Source: Bdellovibrionales bacterium (GTDB lineage Bacteria > Bdellovibrionota > Bdellovibrionia > Bdellovibrionales > UBA1609). Taken from it: a stretch of DNA of 53,907 nucleotides. The notes below the pieces were generated by a model. It was not told the origin of the DNA and made no database searches. It worked only from the letters and a program-made list of their open reading frames with translations. Positions 29,684 through 38,574 of this stretch are shown here, piece after piece. The DNA is taken from positions 1-53,907 of the forward strand of contig JBFWVI010000020.1 of NCBI GenBank assembly GCA_050246815.1. The letters run 5' to 3'. The position numbers and the translations under genes are program-made. Positions within the stretch are counted from its first letter, which is position 1. Each line of letters opens with the position of its first letter.

Positions 29684-30478
29684 TTATGCCGCCCTTGATG
29701 GGCCACCGAGGCCAATCAAATCTTTTCGTTTCATCGGCGGCAGGAACGAATTGAGTTTTTCCTGCACAACCACTGGCGATGAGCGGTCATAGATCATCAA
29801 AAGCCCCTCAAGCATCAGCTCTCGGTGGACCATGTTGGCCGCTGATTTATTGAAAAGGTTTTCGCTCATTGGAACCAGCAAAAAATTGGTTAAGATCAAA
29901 CCGTAGAACGTTGCGACCAGCGCCAACGCCATTTGCGTGCCAATTTCCGCGGCATCGCCACCGGCCGCCACTGAGCGCATCACCGTCACTAGACCCAAAA
30001 CCGTTCCAATCAGGCCGAACGCCGGCGGGTATTTCGAGATCGTGCGCAGCAATCCGCCGTAGGACTCCTCGCGCTCGCGATCACGATGCAGTCGTTCGGC
30101 CATGATTTCCTCGAGGTCTTGACGCGAAAATCCGGACAAAATTAATTCCAGCCCATCGCGAAGATAGGGGTTAAGACCTTTGTCTTTTGACGCGTCATCA
30201 AGTGCCGCCTGCGATTTCTGCGCCAATTGCGCCAATCGAACAATTTGTGCCACAGTCATTTCACGTTGCTCGGGAACTTTTTTGGCTATACGAAATAAAG
30301 CCTGTGCCATTTTAAGAAGATCCGAAACCGGGTAGGTGATGATGGCCGCACAAGCCGTTCCGCCAAAGACGATCAGGGCGGCCACTTCATCGAAGTAGTA
30401 CGCCACGTCCATCTTGAGCACCCACATTGTGCTGCGCAGAAGGACGACCGCAATGACCAAACCAAATAAATGCGACAC
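29684..30478 (-). CDS. motA: MotA-family stator subunit
   Basis: LIVFGGT, PYLRDGLELILSG, PAFGLIGTVLGL and ALVATFYG...FLLVP; adjacent to motB. Confidence 0.92.
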   Translation of the reverse strand: MSHLFGLVIAVVLLRSTMWVLKMDVAYYFDEVAALIVFGGTACAAIITYPVSDLLKMAQALFRIAKKVPEQREMTVAQIVRLAQLAQKSQAALDDASKDKGLNPYLRDGLELILSGFSRQDLEEIMAERLHRDREREESYGGLLRTISKYPPAFGLIGTVLGLVTVMRSVAAGGDAAEIGTQMALALVATFYGLILTNFLLVPMSENLFNKSAANMVHRELMLEGLLMIYDRSSPVVVQEKLNSFLPPMKRKDLIGLGGPSRAA

Positions 30479-30489
30479 CGTTAGCGCTC

Positions 30490-31134
30490 CTAATAGCTTG
30501 CGTTCTTGATCCTCTCAATCACGCTTTTTGTATCTTGGTTATCCGGATTCAACGCCAATGACCTGCTATAGGCATCTAGCGCATCCCCCATCCTCTTCTG
30601 TAAATAATAGATGTTGCCAATCAAACTCCATCCTGTTGCGAGCTTCGGATAGCGGGTAACCATGGCACGTCCTAGCCGTTCGGCCTTGGCGAAGTCGCCG
30701 CGTACCGTGGCGCCTTGAATCTCAGCCGCCATCGCAGCCACATCTTCAAGGTATTTTTGCGCATTATTGTCTTGATAGGCTTCCATCCAATTTGCCATTG
30801 GCGTCATGTTGACGTGCAGCTTGCCCCGCGCCTTCACTGCAACCACATCGACAACAACCTGCTCTTTTACAAAACCCGATTTGGCCAATTGGATTCGCAT
30901 CAATCGATCCTGCCGATTTAAAATCTCTTCGGGTATTGTCATTGGTGTAGTACCAAGGCTTGATTCGCTTCCGCTATCCGTAATCAGAATGACGTTTGCG
31001 CCTATGGGTTCCGTCGTGACTTCAAACTTCGAACTTGGCGGCACCATTGCGCAGGACGCAAGAATTAATAAATAATTGTAAGCAAGCACAGTGCTGCATA
31101 ATTGTTTTAAATTTCTTGTTGATGCGCAACGCAT
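30490..31134 (-). CDS. PEGA-like plus TPR lipoprotein, first gene of the motAB operon
   Basis: Lipobox LILAS-C; PEGA-like VTTEPIGANV...LGTTP...LAKSGF; TPR GWSLIGNIYYLQKRMGDALDAYSRSLALNP; AGGAG RBS. Confidence 0.8.
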   Translation of the reverse strand: MRCASTRNLKQLCSTVLAYNYLLILASCAMVPPSSKFEVTTEPIGANVILITDSGSESSLGTTPMTIPEEILNRQDRLMRIQLAKSGFVKEQVVVDVVAVKARGKLHVNMTPMANWMEAYQDNNAQKYLEDVAAMAAEIQGATVRGDFAKAERLGRAMVTRYPKLATGWSLIGNIYYLQKRMGDALDAYSRSLALNPDNQDTKSVIERIKNASY

Positions 31135-31152
31135 AGCAATCTCCTGTTAAAC

Positions 31153-31179
31153 TTTTCGGCACTTTGCCCTCATGCTTCA
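31153..31179 (-). promoter_or_regulatory. Sigma28 (FliA)-like promoter of the motor operon
   Basis: Minus strand TGAA-N15-GCCGAAAA against the consensus TAAA-N15-GCCGATAA, just upstream of the RBS. Confidence 0.6.
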
Positions 31180-31333
31180 CGTCTAGCAGGACTAAAGGAG
31201 GCAGAATTGGGCTATCGTCCAGTCAGGGTGGCTTTTGCTTGCGCGATATTGTCTCGTTGTGCGCCGCACCTGCCTCAGGATGGTACAAGCGAATTTCATT
31301 GTTGTGAGACAATGCTCATATCTGTTTGTTTAC

Positions 31334-31362
31334 TCAAGATAAAGGCCCAAAACAGCCGATAT
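31334..31362 (+). promoter_or_regulatory. Sigma28-like promoter of the NHL lipoprotein gene
   Basis: TCAAG...GCCGATAT; the -10 matches 7 of 8 positions but spacing is slightly longer than canonical. Confidence 0.45.
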
Positions 31363-31369
31363 TATAGAT

Positions 31370-34300
31370 ATGGGACAGGGTAAGTGGCGTCGGCCCAGCA
31401 CATACAATATCTTTGCAATTTTTCCTTTGGTCATGATTTTGTGCGCCTGCTCCGGGGGCTCAGGGGATTTTGATCCGCTTGCGGGTGGCAATATATCGGA
31501 TACTGTGGCGACAACGATTTCATCATCTCTGCCTGATTCGGGCAGTGTGACGATACAGCAAGCCCAGACCCAACAATTTTTTGTTACAGCCGCGGCTCCA
31601 CTTGGCGCACCAATCACTTACACGTGGGCGCTTAATGGAGTTGTTGTGCAGACCGGCTCGTTGTCTTCTTATGGCATCACCGCAACGGTTGGCAATATCG
31701 GCACCCACACGCTTCTTATCACGGCGACAGATGGTGCTACCAGCGACAGCAAGACCTGGAGTGTGAAGGTCAACGGCCCCCCCGTTCTCACCAAGCTCTC
31801 CACAGACACACCTAAGGTTACCGCCGATATCAATCCTGATACGGGATTGCCTTACGAAATTTATATCGAGGCCTCAGTGAACGACCCCAATAACGACAAC
31901 ATCACGTACACCTGGCGTCTTAACGGGGCGGCCTCTGACTACCTGATTTCAAGCGGCGGCAGCAATACGCTGGCGCGGGCTAGGCTCATCGGCAATCAGT
32001 CCATTGTTGGCTCGCTTAATATTTCTGTGGAGGCCTCGGATGGTTCCGCAACCGCCACAACGACCTGGACCGCCGAAGTTAATTATTTCCCGATGGCTTG
32101 CAATCAGCTGACCCCTGGAACCATTTGCACCTATGGAGGCAATCCTAATATTGGACAAGGGCGCAATCCCTTAGAGTCTTCGGTGGGAATCAGAACTCAA
32201 ATTATTGCCGAAGCGGCTGACGAAGTCGGAAATTTTTTCTTGGCTGATTACGCGAACAATGCCGTTTGGTATTGGAACAAAACCAATACCGATGTTGTTC
32301 GATTGGGTATCACTATTCCGGCCAACCAAATGAAAGTTGTGGCCGGCAGTGGCGAGGCCACCAGCGGTACAAACGGCAAAGCGATTGAAAAGGGTCTCTA
32401 TAACCCCCGAGGCCTTTATTATGTCCCAGACGGGTTCGGCGGGAATCTGTATATCTCGGAGTGGAGCGGTAGTAAGGTTAAGTGGGTTGATGCAACGGGA
32501 ACGATGCGCCAGGTCACTGCGATTGCCTCGTGCTCGAACCCCGCAGGTCTTGCTTATTATAGCGGCTATCTTTACGTCGCCTGCTATGGATCCCATCGCG
32601 TTGGCCGCTACGATGTCTTGAACGAAGTTTGGACGGCTAACTTTCTTGGTAATGGAACCAACAGCTACACCGGCGATGGCGGCGCACCCGCAAGCGCGAC
32701 CATGGCGAATCCCTATGGCGTTTTTGCCGACGCGGATGGTCTTTATGTTTCGGCTCTTTCCCATCACCGAATTCGATTCGTGCGATGGAGCGGCCTAGCC
32801 GACAAAGTATTTTTTGGTGTAACTACGGTGGTGCAAAATACGGTACGCACCATTATCGGCGACGGCACGGCGACCAACAACAATAATGACCAGGCTCCTT
32901 TAAGCTTAAAAATTGGCGGCCCCACGGGGGTCCAAGTGGACGATGATGTTATCTTCATGTCAATGATCAACGGCAACCGAGATTATGTCTCTGCAGCAAA
33001 CAACACCGGCTCAGACGTCGTTATTGGCGCTGTCACCGTCGCGGCCAATCGCGCGCGCCACTTGACGTATTACACGGGCGCAGATGTCGTCGGCTATAAC
33101 GGCTCAGGGATTCCCATGACTTCTGGGCGAATCAACAATCCTTATAGTATCTATTTAGATGCGACGAACAGCGTTCTTTGGATCAGCGACTATAGCAATA
33201 ATCGCTTTCGCAAAATTGATCTCACTGCATCGAGACTTTACGACCAAGTTGGTTCAGGTGATACTCGCGCTGGCAATAACGGCTCGGCTGAGCTAGCCAG
33301 TAATCTCCATCTTTTCAACAACCCCTCGGGGCTTGGCTGGGACGCCAACTCGCGCAACCTATATGTGGTCGATCAAAATAACCAGATGATCCGTAAAATC
33401 TCGCCCTACGGACTGATGTCCACCGTTTATGGCAGTGGATCGGCCGGCAATCCAACGCAAGATAACGATGTGCCCAGCAACGTTTTGACAGATTTGGCCT
33501 ATAGCGGAAATGCGTCGAACGCCGGACTTTTTTGCTCTGCCGATGGCAGTCTGTTGACGGTCAACCCAAATGGCGGCCGGACGGTTCGTGCGTGGAATCG
33601 TTCCACGGCGACCCAGGCCTTTGGCGGCGTCTTTATCAGCGCCAATCGGGTTTCAACGATCGCGGGTGATTACACCAACCCCTTGGCCGGTGCAATCACT
33701 GCCAACGTCGCCCCCATTTATCCTGCGACCTCAAGCGCAACGACCGCGCGCTTTTACTTTCCGACTGATATCACCGCCTATGAGCTGAGAGATTCCGGTA
33801 CGGGCGCGGTCACTTCACGCACATTTTTCGTTGCGGACCAAGGCAATCATTGCATTCGTGAAATTGACAACGACGGCAACATGCACACTGCGGCAGGCAT
33901 TTGCGTCTACCGAAATACAGTGACCAACCCCAACTCCGGCGGGACGAACAACAACGCGGACCCTTGGACTGTTGAACTGAATCGACCTCACGGAGTTGTC
34001 AACGATTCGATCGGCAATTTATGGGTTGCCGATACGTTCAATGACAAGATTCGCTATTACAATCGCAGCGCCGGCGCCGTAACGATTGCCGGCATTGTGG
34101 TCAATGCGGGCAAAATGGCAACCATTGTCTGTCGCGACGGCAACAATGTCACAGGCGACACGGGCGAAAACGTGGCTGCCGATTTGGCGCGCTGCTATCG
34201 CCCAACGGATTTGGCATACTTTAAATCGAGCACCGCGGAATATCTGTGTTACTCGCAGTTTTGGGCTCATAATGTTCGTTGTTTAAATTTGACTGCAGGC

Positions 34301-34528
34301 AACGCCGAGTACGGTCGCATTCGCACGGTGGCCGGGTCCGGCCAGGCCACGCAACAGCCAGGCTACACGTTTGGCTATGAACAAGAGGGTATTCCGGGCT
34401 TTGCCGCTGCGGGCACCGCCGCACGCCTGTACAACCCCAAGGATATCACTTTTGATCATCTCGGCGACCTTTACATTTCAGACCACACCAATCAAATGGT
34501 CCGAAAGCTTCGTTTTCTTTCGCCCTAG
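31370..34528 (+). CDS. Large surface lipoprotein: two Ig/PKD-like domains plus NHL-repeat beta-propellers (adhesin-like)
   Basis: Lipobox ILCA-C; ITYTWALNG and ITYTWRLNG Ig-like domains; many NHL repeats (NPRGL, NPYGV, NPSGL, RPHGV...GNLWVADTFNDKIR, NPKDITFDHLGDLYISD). Confidence 0.88.
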   Translation: MGQGKWRRPSTYNIFAIFPLVMILCACSGGSGDFDPLAGGNISDTVATTISSSLPDSGSVTIQQAQTQQFFVTAAAPLGAPITYTWALNGVVVQTGSLSSYGITATVGNIGTHTLLITATDGATSDSKTWSVKVNGPPVLTKLSTDTPKVTADINPDTGLPYEIYIEASVNDPNNDNITYTWRLNGAASDYLISSGGSNTLARARLIGNQSIVGSLNISVEASDGSATATTTWTAEVNYFPMACNQLTPGTICTYGGNPNIGQGRNPLESSVGIRTQIIAEAADEVGNFFLADYANNAVWYWNKTNTDVVRLGITIPANQMKVVAGSGEATSGTNGKAIEKGLYNPRGLYYVPDGFGGNLYISEWSGSKVKWVDATGTMRQVTAIASCSNPAGLAYYSGYLYVACYGSHRVGRYDVLNEVWTANFLGNGTNSYTGDGGAPASATMANPYGVFADADGLYVSALSHHRIRFVRWSGLADKVFFGVTTVVQNTVRTIIGDGTATNNNNDQAPLSLKIGGPTGVQVDDDVIFMSMINGNRDYVSAANNTGSDVVIGAVTVAANRARHLTYYTGADVVGYNGSGIPMTSGRINNPYSIYLDATNSVLWISDYSNNRFRKIDLTASRLYDQVGSGDTRAGNNGSAELASNLHLFNNPSGLGWDANSRNLYVVDQNNQMIRKISPYGLMSTVYGSGSAGNPTQDNDVPSNVLTDLAYSGNASNAGLFCSADGSLLTVNPNGGRTVRAWNRSTATQAFGGVFISANRVSTIAGDYTNPLAGAITANVAPIYPATSSATTARFYFPTDITAYELRDSGTGAVTSRTFFVADQGNHCIREIDNDGNMHTAAGICVYRNTVTNPNSGGTNNNADPWTVELNRPHGVVNDSIGNLWVADTFNDKIRYYNRSAGAVTIAGIVVNAGKMATIVCRDGNNVTGDTGENVAADLARCYRPTDLAYFKSSTAEYLCYSQFWAHNVRCLNLTAGNAEYGRIRTVAGSGQATQQPGYTFGYEQEGIPGFAAAGTAARLYNPKDITFDHLGDLYISDHTNQMVRKLRFLSP

Positions 34529-34743
34529 AATCTGTGTGAACACCAAGTCGACAGATTCAATTATATCGACATCTCAATTTTGATCATCCCCATTTTCATT
34601 GCAGTTCTTTTTGAGATTTGAATTTGAGTCCCTTCTAAAGCGCAACTGGTCGGCTTCTTTTGAGACTGCCCTGCGACACAGATCCTGGCACCCACGTTGC
34701 AGACTTTAAGTCCGTTGATCCGAACAACGTGGAGGGAAATCCG

Positions 34744-36441
34744 TTGAAACACTTAACATTTGCAATTGCTCTTTTGAGTGGTACGCAGTCTTGGGCTCAA
34801 ACCGGAAACTTAATTCGCAACGCAAACTTTGAACGCCAATCCAACAAAGCTATAACGGATTGGACCTCGTCGTGCTCTGTCCCCGTCCGACTCACAACCA
34901 CCACGGCTAAGTTTGACCGTACCAGTCTTGAAATCGTGGATGAGCGGACCGATCGTGCTTGTGTGGCCTACTCGAGGCCTTTTGAAGTCGCGCCCGGTAA
35001 AACTTATTCTATTGAGGGGTGGGCGCGGCACGCCGATCTAAATGCAACTAATTCTTCTCCATCATATTATGTCAAATTTTATAACTCGTCGGGCACCGAG
35101 ATCGGCACTTCTTCCGCCGCAGTTTCAGGGAATTCGGGAGTTTGGACAAAGTTTTCGCGCACAGTCACCGCGCCAGCGTACTCTGTCTCGGCAAAGCTCC
35201 TGCTGTATTCGAATATCGCCGCGAGCCAAATTGTACAGTTTGACGGCATCTATGTAGCGCAAGCCCGAACCGCACCAGCCGGCGAAGTGATCCGTTACGT
35301 TGCGCCTGCGGCCATAGGACGCGGCGATGGAACGAGTGCGGGTAACGCCGCAAAGTTTAATAATTCCAGTTTTTGGTCAGGAGTTCAAAGCTTACTGAGC
35401 TCTAAACCTGTGCAGGTTTCATTTCGAGCAGGCCAGTATGTCATTAGTGCGCCCACGGACGCGTTAACTTTGACTCGAATCGGTCATCAAACAAATCGGT
35501 TGTCGATCGCCGGCGCGGACGCCAATTCGGTGCGCATAATTTCTGGATCCGCGTCGTCAGCCTCTCTGCCACACCTGATCCGGGTGGATAATTCTCAAAA
35601 CATTACTTTCTCAAACATACATCTGCGCACGCTGTCGGCATTTGATGTTGGCTATCTCTTTTTAATCACAAACAATTCAACAAACATTCGCCTCGAAAAT
35701 TTGACTAGCGTCGACACCATGCGAGTGGGCTACGGAGTCCTTGGCTTTCATCAGGGGTCAAATGCTATTAATTTAGTGGGAAGCGAGTTTTTGCGTGTTG
35801 GCTACGATGGTCACCAGCACTTTCTTTATAACTTCAGAGATGTAAGCGATATCACGATCGCCAACAGTGTATTTGAAGACTCAACCGGGGCCTATATCCG
35901 GTGTCGCGACCAATGCTCCGATTTTAATGTGCTTGAATCAAGTTTCAGGGCGACCGGCGCATGGGGAAGCGCCAACGAATTTCGCTACGCCCATTTCATT
36001 GAATTGGCGGTCTTCAATGACGTCTTGTATTCAGGGCGCTCGAGCCAGTCGCAGCAAGAATGGTTTTTGTCAGGCTTTACCGCCATCGGCAACAGCTTCG
36101 AATATGCCGCCGCTCTGGGCGTGCGAGCTAAACCATTTTCTATACACCATTCCGGATTCAACCCGTGGGACGGCACCCAGTTCAGAGATCACTTGTTCTC
36201 AAGCACGGATGCCAGCGTGCTGACGAGTGGAACTGCTTCGGCCAAACGTCAACTGATACTCTCAAAATTCAAACTGAACATGGCAACACAGTTCGAGATT
36301 CATTCAAATACTTACTCAAATATGACCTATAAGTTTGAGCTGGAATCACAAGCGTCCTACGGCGCCAGCAGCTACTATCCGATAGCCGATCATGTCGGCA
36401 GCGGGACCTACGATATTTCCGATTTGTTTCCGTGGCCCTAA
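34744..36441 (+). CDS. Secreted CBM4/9-like domain plus right-handed beta-helix (pectin-lyase-like) protein
   Basis: GGAGG RBS before TTG; signal ending SWA; NLIRNANFE...VAPGKTYSIEGW CBM-like domain; YVAPAAIGRGDGTS and NITFSNI/NIRLENL beta-helix rungs. Confidence 0.78.
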   Translation: MKHLTFAIALLSGTQSWAQTGNLIRNANFERQSNKAITDWTSSCSVPVRLTTTTAKFDRTSLEIVDERTDRACVAYSRPFEVAPGKTYSIEGWARHADLNATNSSPSYYVKFYNSSGTEIGTSSAAVSGNSGVWTKFSRTVTAPAYSVSAKLLLYSNIAASQIVQFDGIYVAQARTAPAGEVIRYVAPAAIGRGDGTSAGNAAKFNNSSFWSGVQSLLSSKPVQVSFRAGQYVISAPTDALTLTRIGHQTNRLSIAGADANSVRIISGSASSASLPHLIRVDNSQNITFSNIHLRTLSAFDVGYLFLITNNSTNIRLENLTSVDTMRVGYGVLGFHQGSNAINLVGSEFLRVGYDGHQHFLYNFRDVSDITIANSVFEDSTGAYIRCRDQCSDFNVLESSFRATGAWGSANEFRYAHFIELAVFNDVLYSGRSSQSQQEWFLSGFTAIGNSFEYAAALGVRAKPFSIHHSGFNPWDGTQFRDHLFSSTDASVLTSGTASAKRQLILSKFKLNMATQFEIHSNTYSNMTYKFELESQASYGASSYYPIADHVGSGTYDISDLFPWP

Positions 36442-36517
36442 CGGCCAACGCTTCAAAGAAGCGTTGGTCAGAAGAACACCCAAGCATATTGGCGCAGCCG
36501 GCCAGATCTTCCGATTG

Positions 36518-36554
36518 GCAAATCCGCAAGTCTGCAAATCCGCAAGTCTGCAAA
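36518..36554. repeat. Short intergenic tandem repeat (GCAAATCCGCAAGTCT x2.3)
   Basis: Two exact 16-bp copies plus a partial copy; 8-bp GCAA periodicity. Confidence 0.8.
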
Positions 36555-36734
36555 ACTTTTTCCAGTCGATGCATTTGCGACACAAGCATCTTTTCCGACT
36601 CTGTGGCAAGGAACTTGAGCATGACCAACTTGAATAAGCATAGTGCTCGTGCCCCCGATTTGCTCGAGCCGAACCAGTCGGGCTCCAATGCCCTCTCGCC
36701 TAATCGCTCAAAACAATGAACTGACCTGCTGGAC

Positions 36735-37070
36735 TTAATTTGCCGCGCGAACCAGCTCTACCTTCTCGCTTGCCGTTTGCCCGCTATCGCCAATGACTCC
36801 CGTGATAAACAGGGTTCTTTCGTCAGAACAAAAATACATCGCGCGAAACTTGCTAATTGAATCTTCGGTAAAATAGTCGATCGTTTTCTTTTTACTTTCG
36901 TCCACTGCAATTTGGCACGAAATCGCCTGCTCCTCTTGTAGCCCGCGAAGAACAGCATGGATAAATTTTGAATTTAAGACCGCCGTATCCCGCGGGTCAT
37001 CAGCAGCGCCAGACAGGACGGGGAAAAATACTGCGGCCGCCAAGATCAACGTTAAGCTCTGTTTTTTCAT
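36735..37070 (-). CDS. Small secreted hypothetical protein
   Basis: AGGAG RBS; signal peptide; one Cys pair. Confidence 0.75.
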   Translation of the reverse strand: MKKQSLTLILAAAVFFPVLSGAADDPRDTAVLNSKFIHAVLRGLQEEQAISCQIAVDESKKKTIDYFTEDSISKFRAMYFCSDERTLFITGVIGDSGQTASEKVELVRAAN

Positions 37071-37140
37071 AAAATTCTCCTATAAACAATTAATGTTACT
37101 ATTTAAACGAATGAAAGGTCTGTAAAGAGCCTTACGCTCC

Positions 37141-38208
37141 CTACTTGCGCCACATCGTGAAGACACTTTTCGAAGTTGTGTCACCCCACGGATATGATTC
37201 TTTGATCGTGTCGCCATCTAAATTTTCAATCAGGATGCTATTGTGATAGCCTTGTTCAGTTACTAAATTAGACTTCTGGTGAACCCAAAAGGTTCCTTTT
37301 GCAGTGGGGTGGCCAACCACAGCAAAGTCCATAACGTTTTGGTTGGCCCACGAACTGCTCCAATAGTTTCTGAATTTGCTGGTGGCGCTGAGCTCGAGTA
37401 AATTTCCAGTTCGGTGAAAGAAAATATAAAATCTTGAAAGATCAACTTTGTTATAGACAATGTCAGCGCTGTTCCAACGCATTGGCACAAATCCAACAAG
37501 CTTCTGTTCATTCGCCGGAATTTCAGCCTCGTTCAGCATAAACGCAAGCGCACGCGCCGAAAGTTTTGGGACAAGGCTATCTTTGCCGAATGTGACGTTA
37601 ACAATGTTTCCGATTCTTTCAGTCGACTTAAGATTGGAGCGAGCGCCCTCAATAAAAACGCGAATAAACGCTTCATGCAAAGCAAAAGCCGCTACGTGCT
37701 GTTCATCGTTAGGATCTTCACGCAAAAGATCTTTGAAGAGACTTTTATCGACAAGAACAATTTTGTGTTCCACACTTTGAATCGCCAGCCGTTTAATTTG
37801 GCCTTTGAAGTTCCAGTTTAGAATGACCAGCCCCGCATCATTAAGTGGCGGCAGAGGGCGAACTGTCATAACAAACTGAAGTCTATTGAGTGCCTCGATC
37901 AGGCGCGTCTTGATAGTTTTGGTCGCGCCCATGTTTTGTTGAAAAACGCTAACGGCATTGTATCCGGAGTTCCTTTCCATCGCCTGCAACATAGTGTTGT
38001 AAGCCTTGGTCGAGGTCATATCGTAAGGAACTTCGGTGGCCTCTTTGACCAGATCTAGAAACTTGGTCATGTCACTAGATTTAGCGACCCCACCGCCATT
38101 GCTGGACCCGGCGCCTAAGGCATCCATTGATTGGGCCAAGGTCGGCGTCGTGGCCAGGGTACACACAAAGCACACTAGACTGGTTAAGTTCAATAGAGTG
38201 GTTTTCAT
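37141..38208 (-). CDS. Secreted hypothetical protein with a GSSNGGG leader and an LHEAF motif
   Basis: AGGTG RBS; signal peptide ending PTLA; Gly-rich stretch after the cleavage site. Confidence 0.75.
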   Translation of the reverse strand: MKTTLLNLTSLVCFVCTLATTPTLAQSMDALGAGSSNGGGVAKSSDMTKFLDLVKEATEVPYDMTSTKAYNTMLQAMERNSGYNAVSVFQQNMGATKTIKTRLIEALNRLQFVMTVRPLPPLNDAGLVILNWNFKGQIKRLAIQSVEHKIVLVDKSLFKDLLREDPNDEQHVAAFALHEAFIRVFIEGARSNLKSTERIGNIVNVTFGKDSLVPKLSARALAFMLNEAEIPANEQKLVGFVPMRWNSADIVYNKVDLSRFYIFFHRTGNLLELSATSKFRNYWSSSWANQNVMDFAVVGHPTAKGTFWVHQKSNLVTEQGYHNSILIENLDGDTIKESYPWGDTTSKSVFTMWRK

Positions 38209-38350
38209 TTTCACACCTTTCGTTAGCAAGTTGTGCGCCAAATGCCACCTCACTGAGGGGCACTTGTTTCGGGTGAACTTAGATTGAGGCAAAAGTGTTT
38301 TCCAGATTAATTTTATTAAAAAAGCAAACATATTTTGCTATAATAGCAAC

Positions 38351-38520
38351 ATGGGTGTTTTAAATGAATGGCTAAAATCCGGCGTGCGGGGGTAAGTTTT
38401 ACATAACGGTATCAGATGATGGGATTTATGTGTTTCATACTTTTGAACGGCAACAAAGCTGTCCGCCTTGAGCGCGTCGCTCGTTTTGCAAAAGCCCTAG
38501 GCCATTTTACAAATGCTTAA
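38351..38520 (+). pseudogene. Possible decayed HTH (XRE-like) regulator
   Basis: Fragments MGVLNEWLKSGVRG* and ...ILLNGNKAVRLERVARFAKALG in different frames. Confidence 0.35.
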
Positions 38521-38574
38521 TTCATGCCCGCACTACAAATTCATTCGGCTAACGGCTAACGCTTCTTTGACGCG

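Noticed and set aside
28948..30478. Zorya (ZorAB) anti-phage system or ExbBD/TolQR
   Set aside because: The A subunit is 264 aa with no long ZorA tail, and no ZorC/D/E-like genes are adjacent. The B subunit has an OmpA-like peptidoglycan-binding domain, unlike ExbD/TolR.
26647..31134. Ordinary flagellar gene cluster
   Set aside because: No rod, hook, filament, export or FliM/N genes are in the window, and the FliG-like domain is fused to a signal-peptide/TM protein.
36518..36554. CRISPR array
   Set aside because: Adjacent short repeats without spacers; no cas genes and no repeat-spacer array seen anywhere in the window.
36269..36719. Overlapping short ORFs between the beta-helix gene and the 36735 gene
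   Set aside because: They conflict with each other, overlap a real gene end and show no protein-like features.
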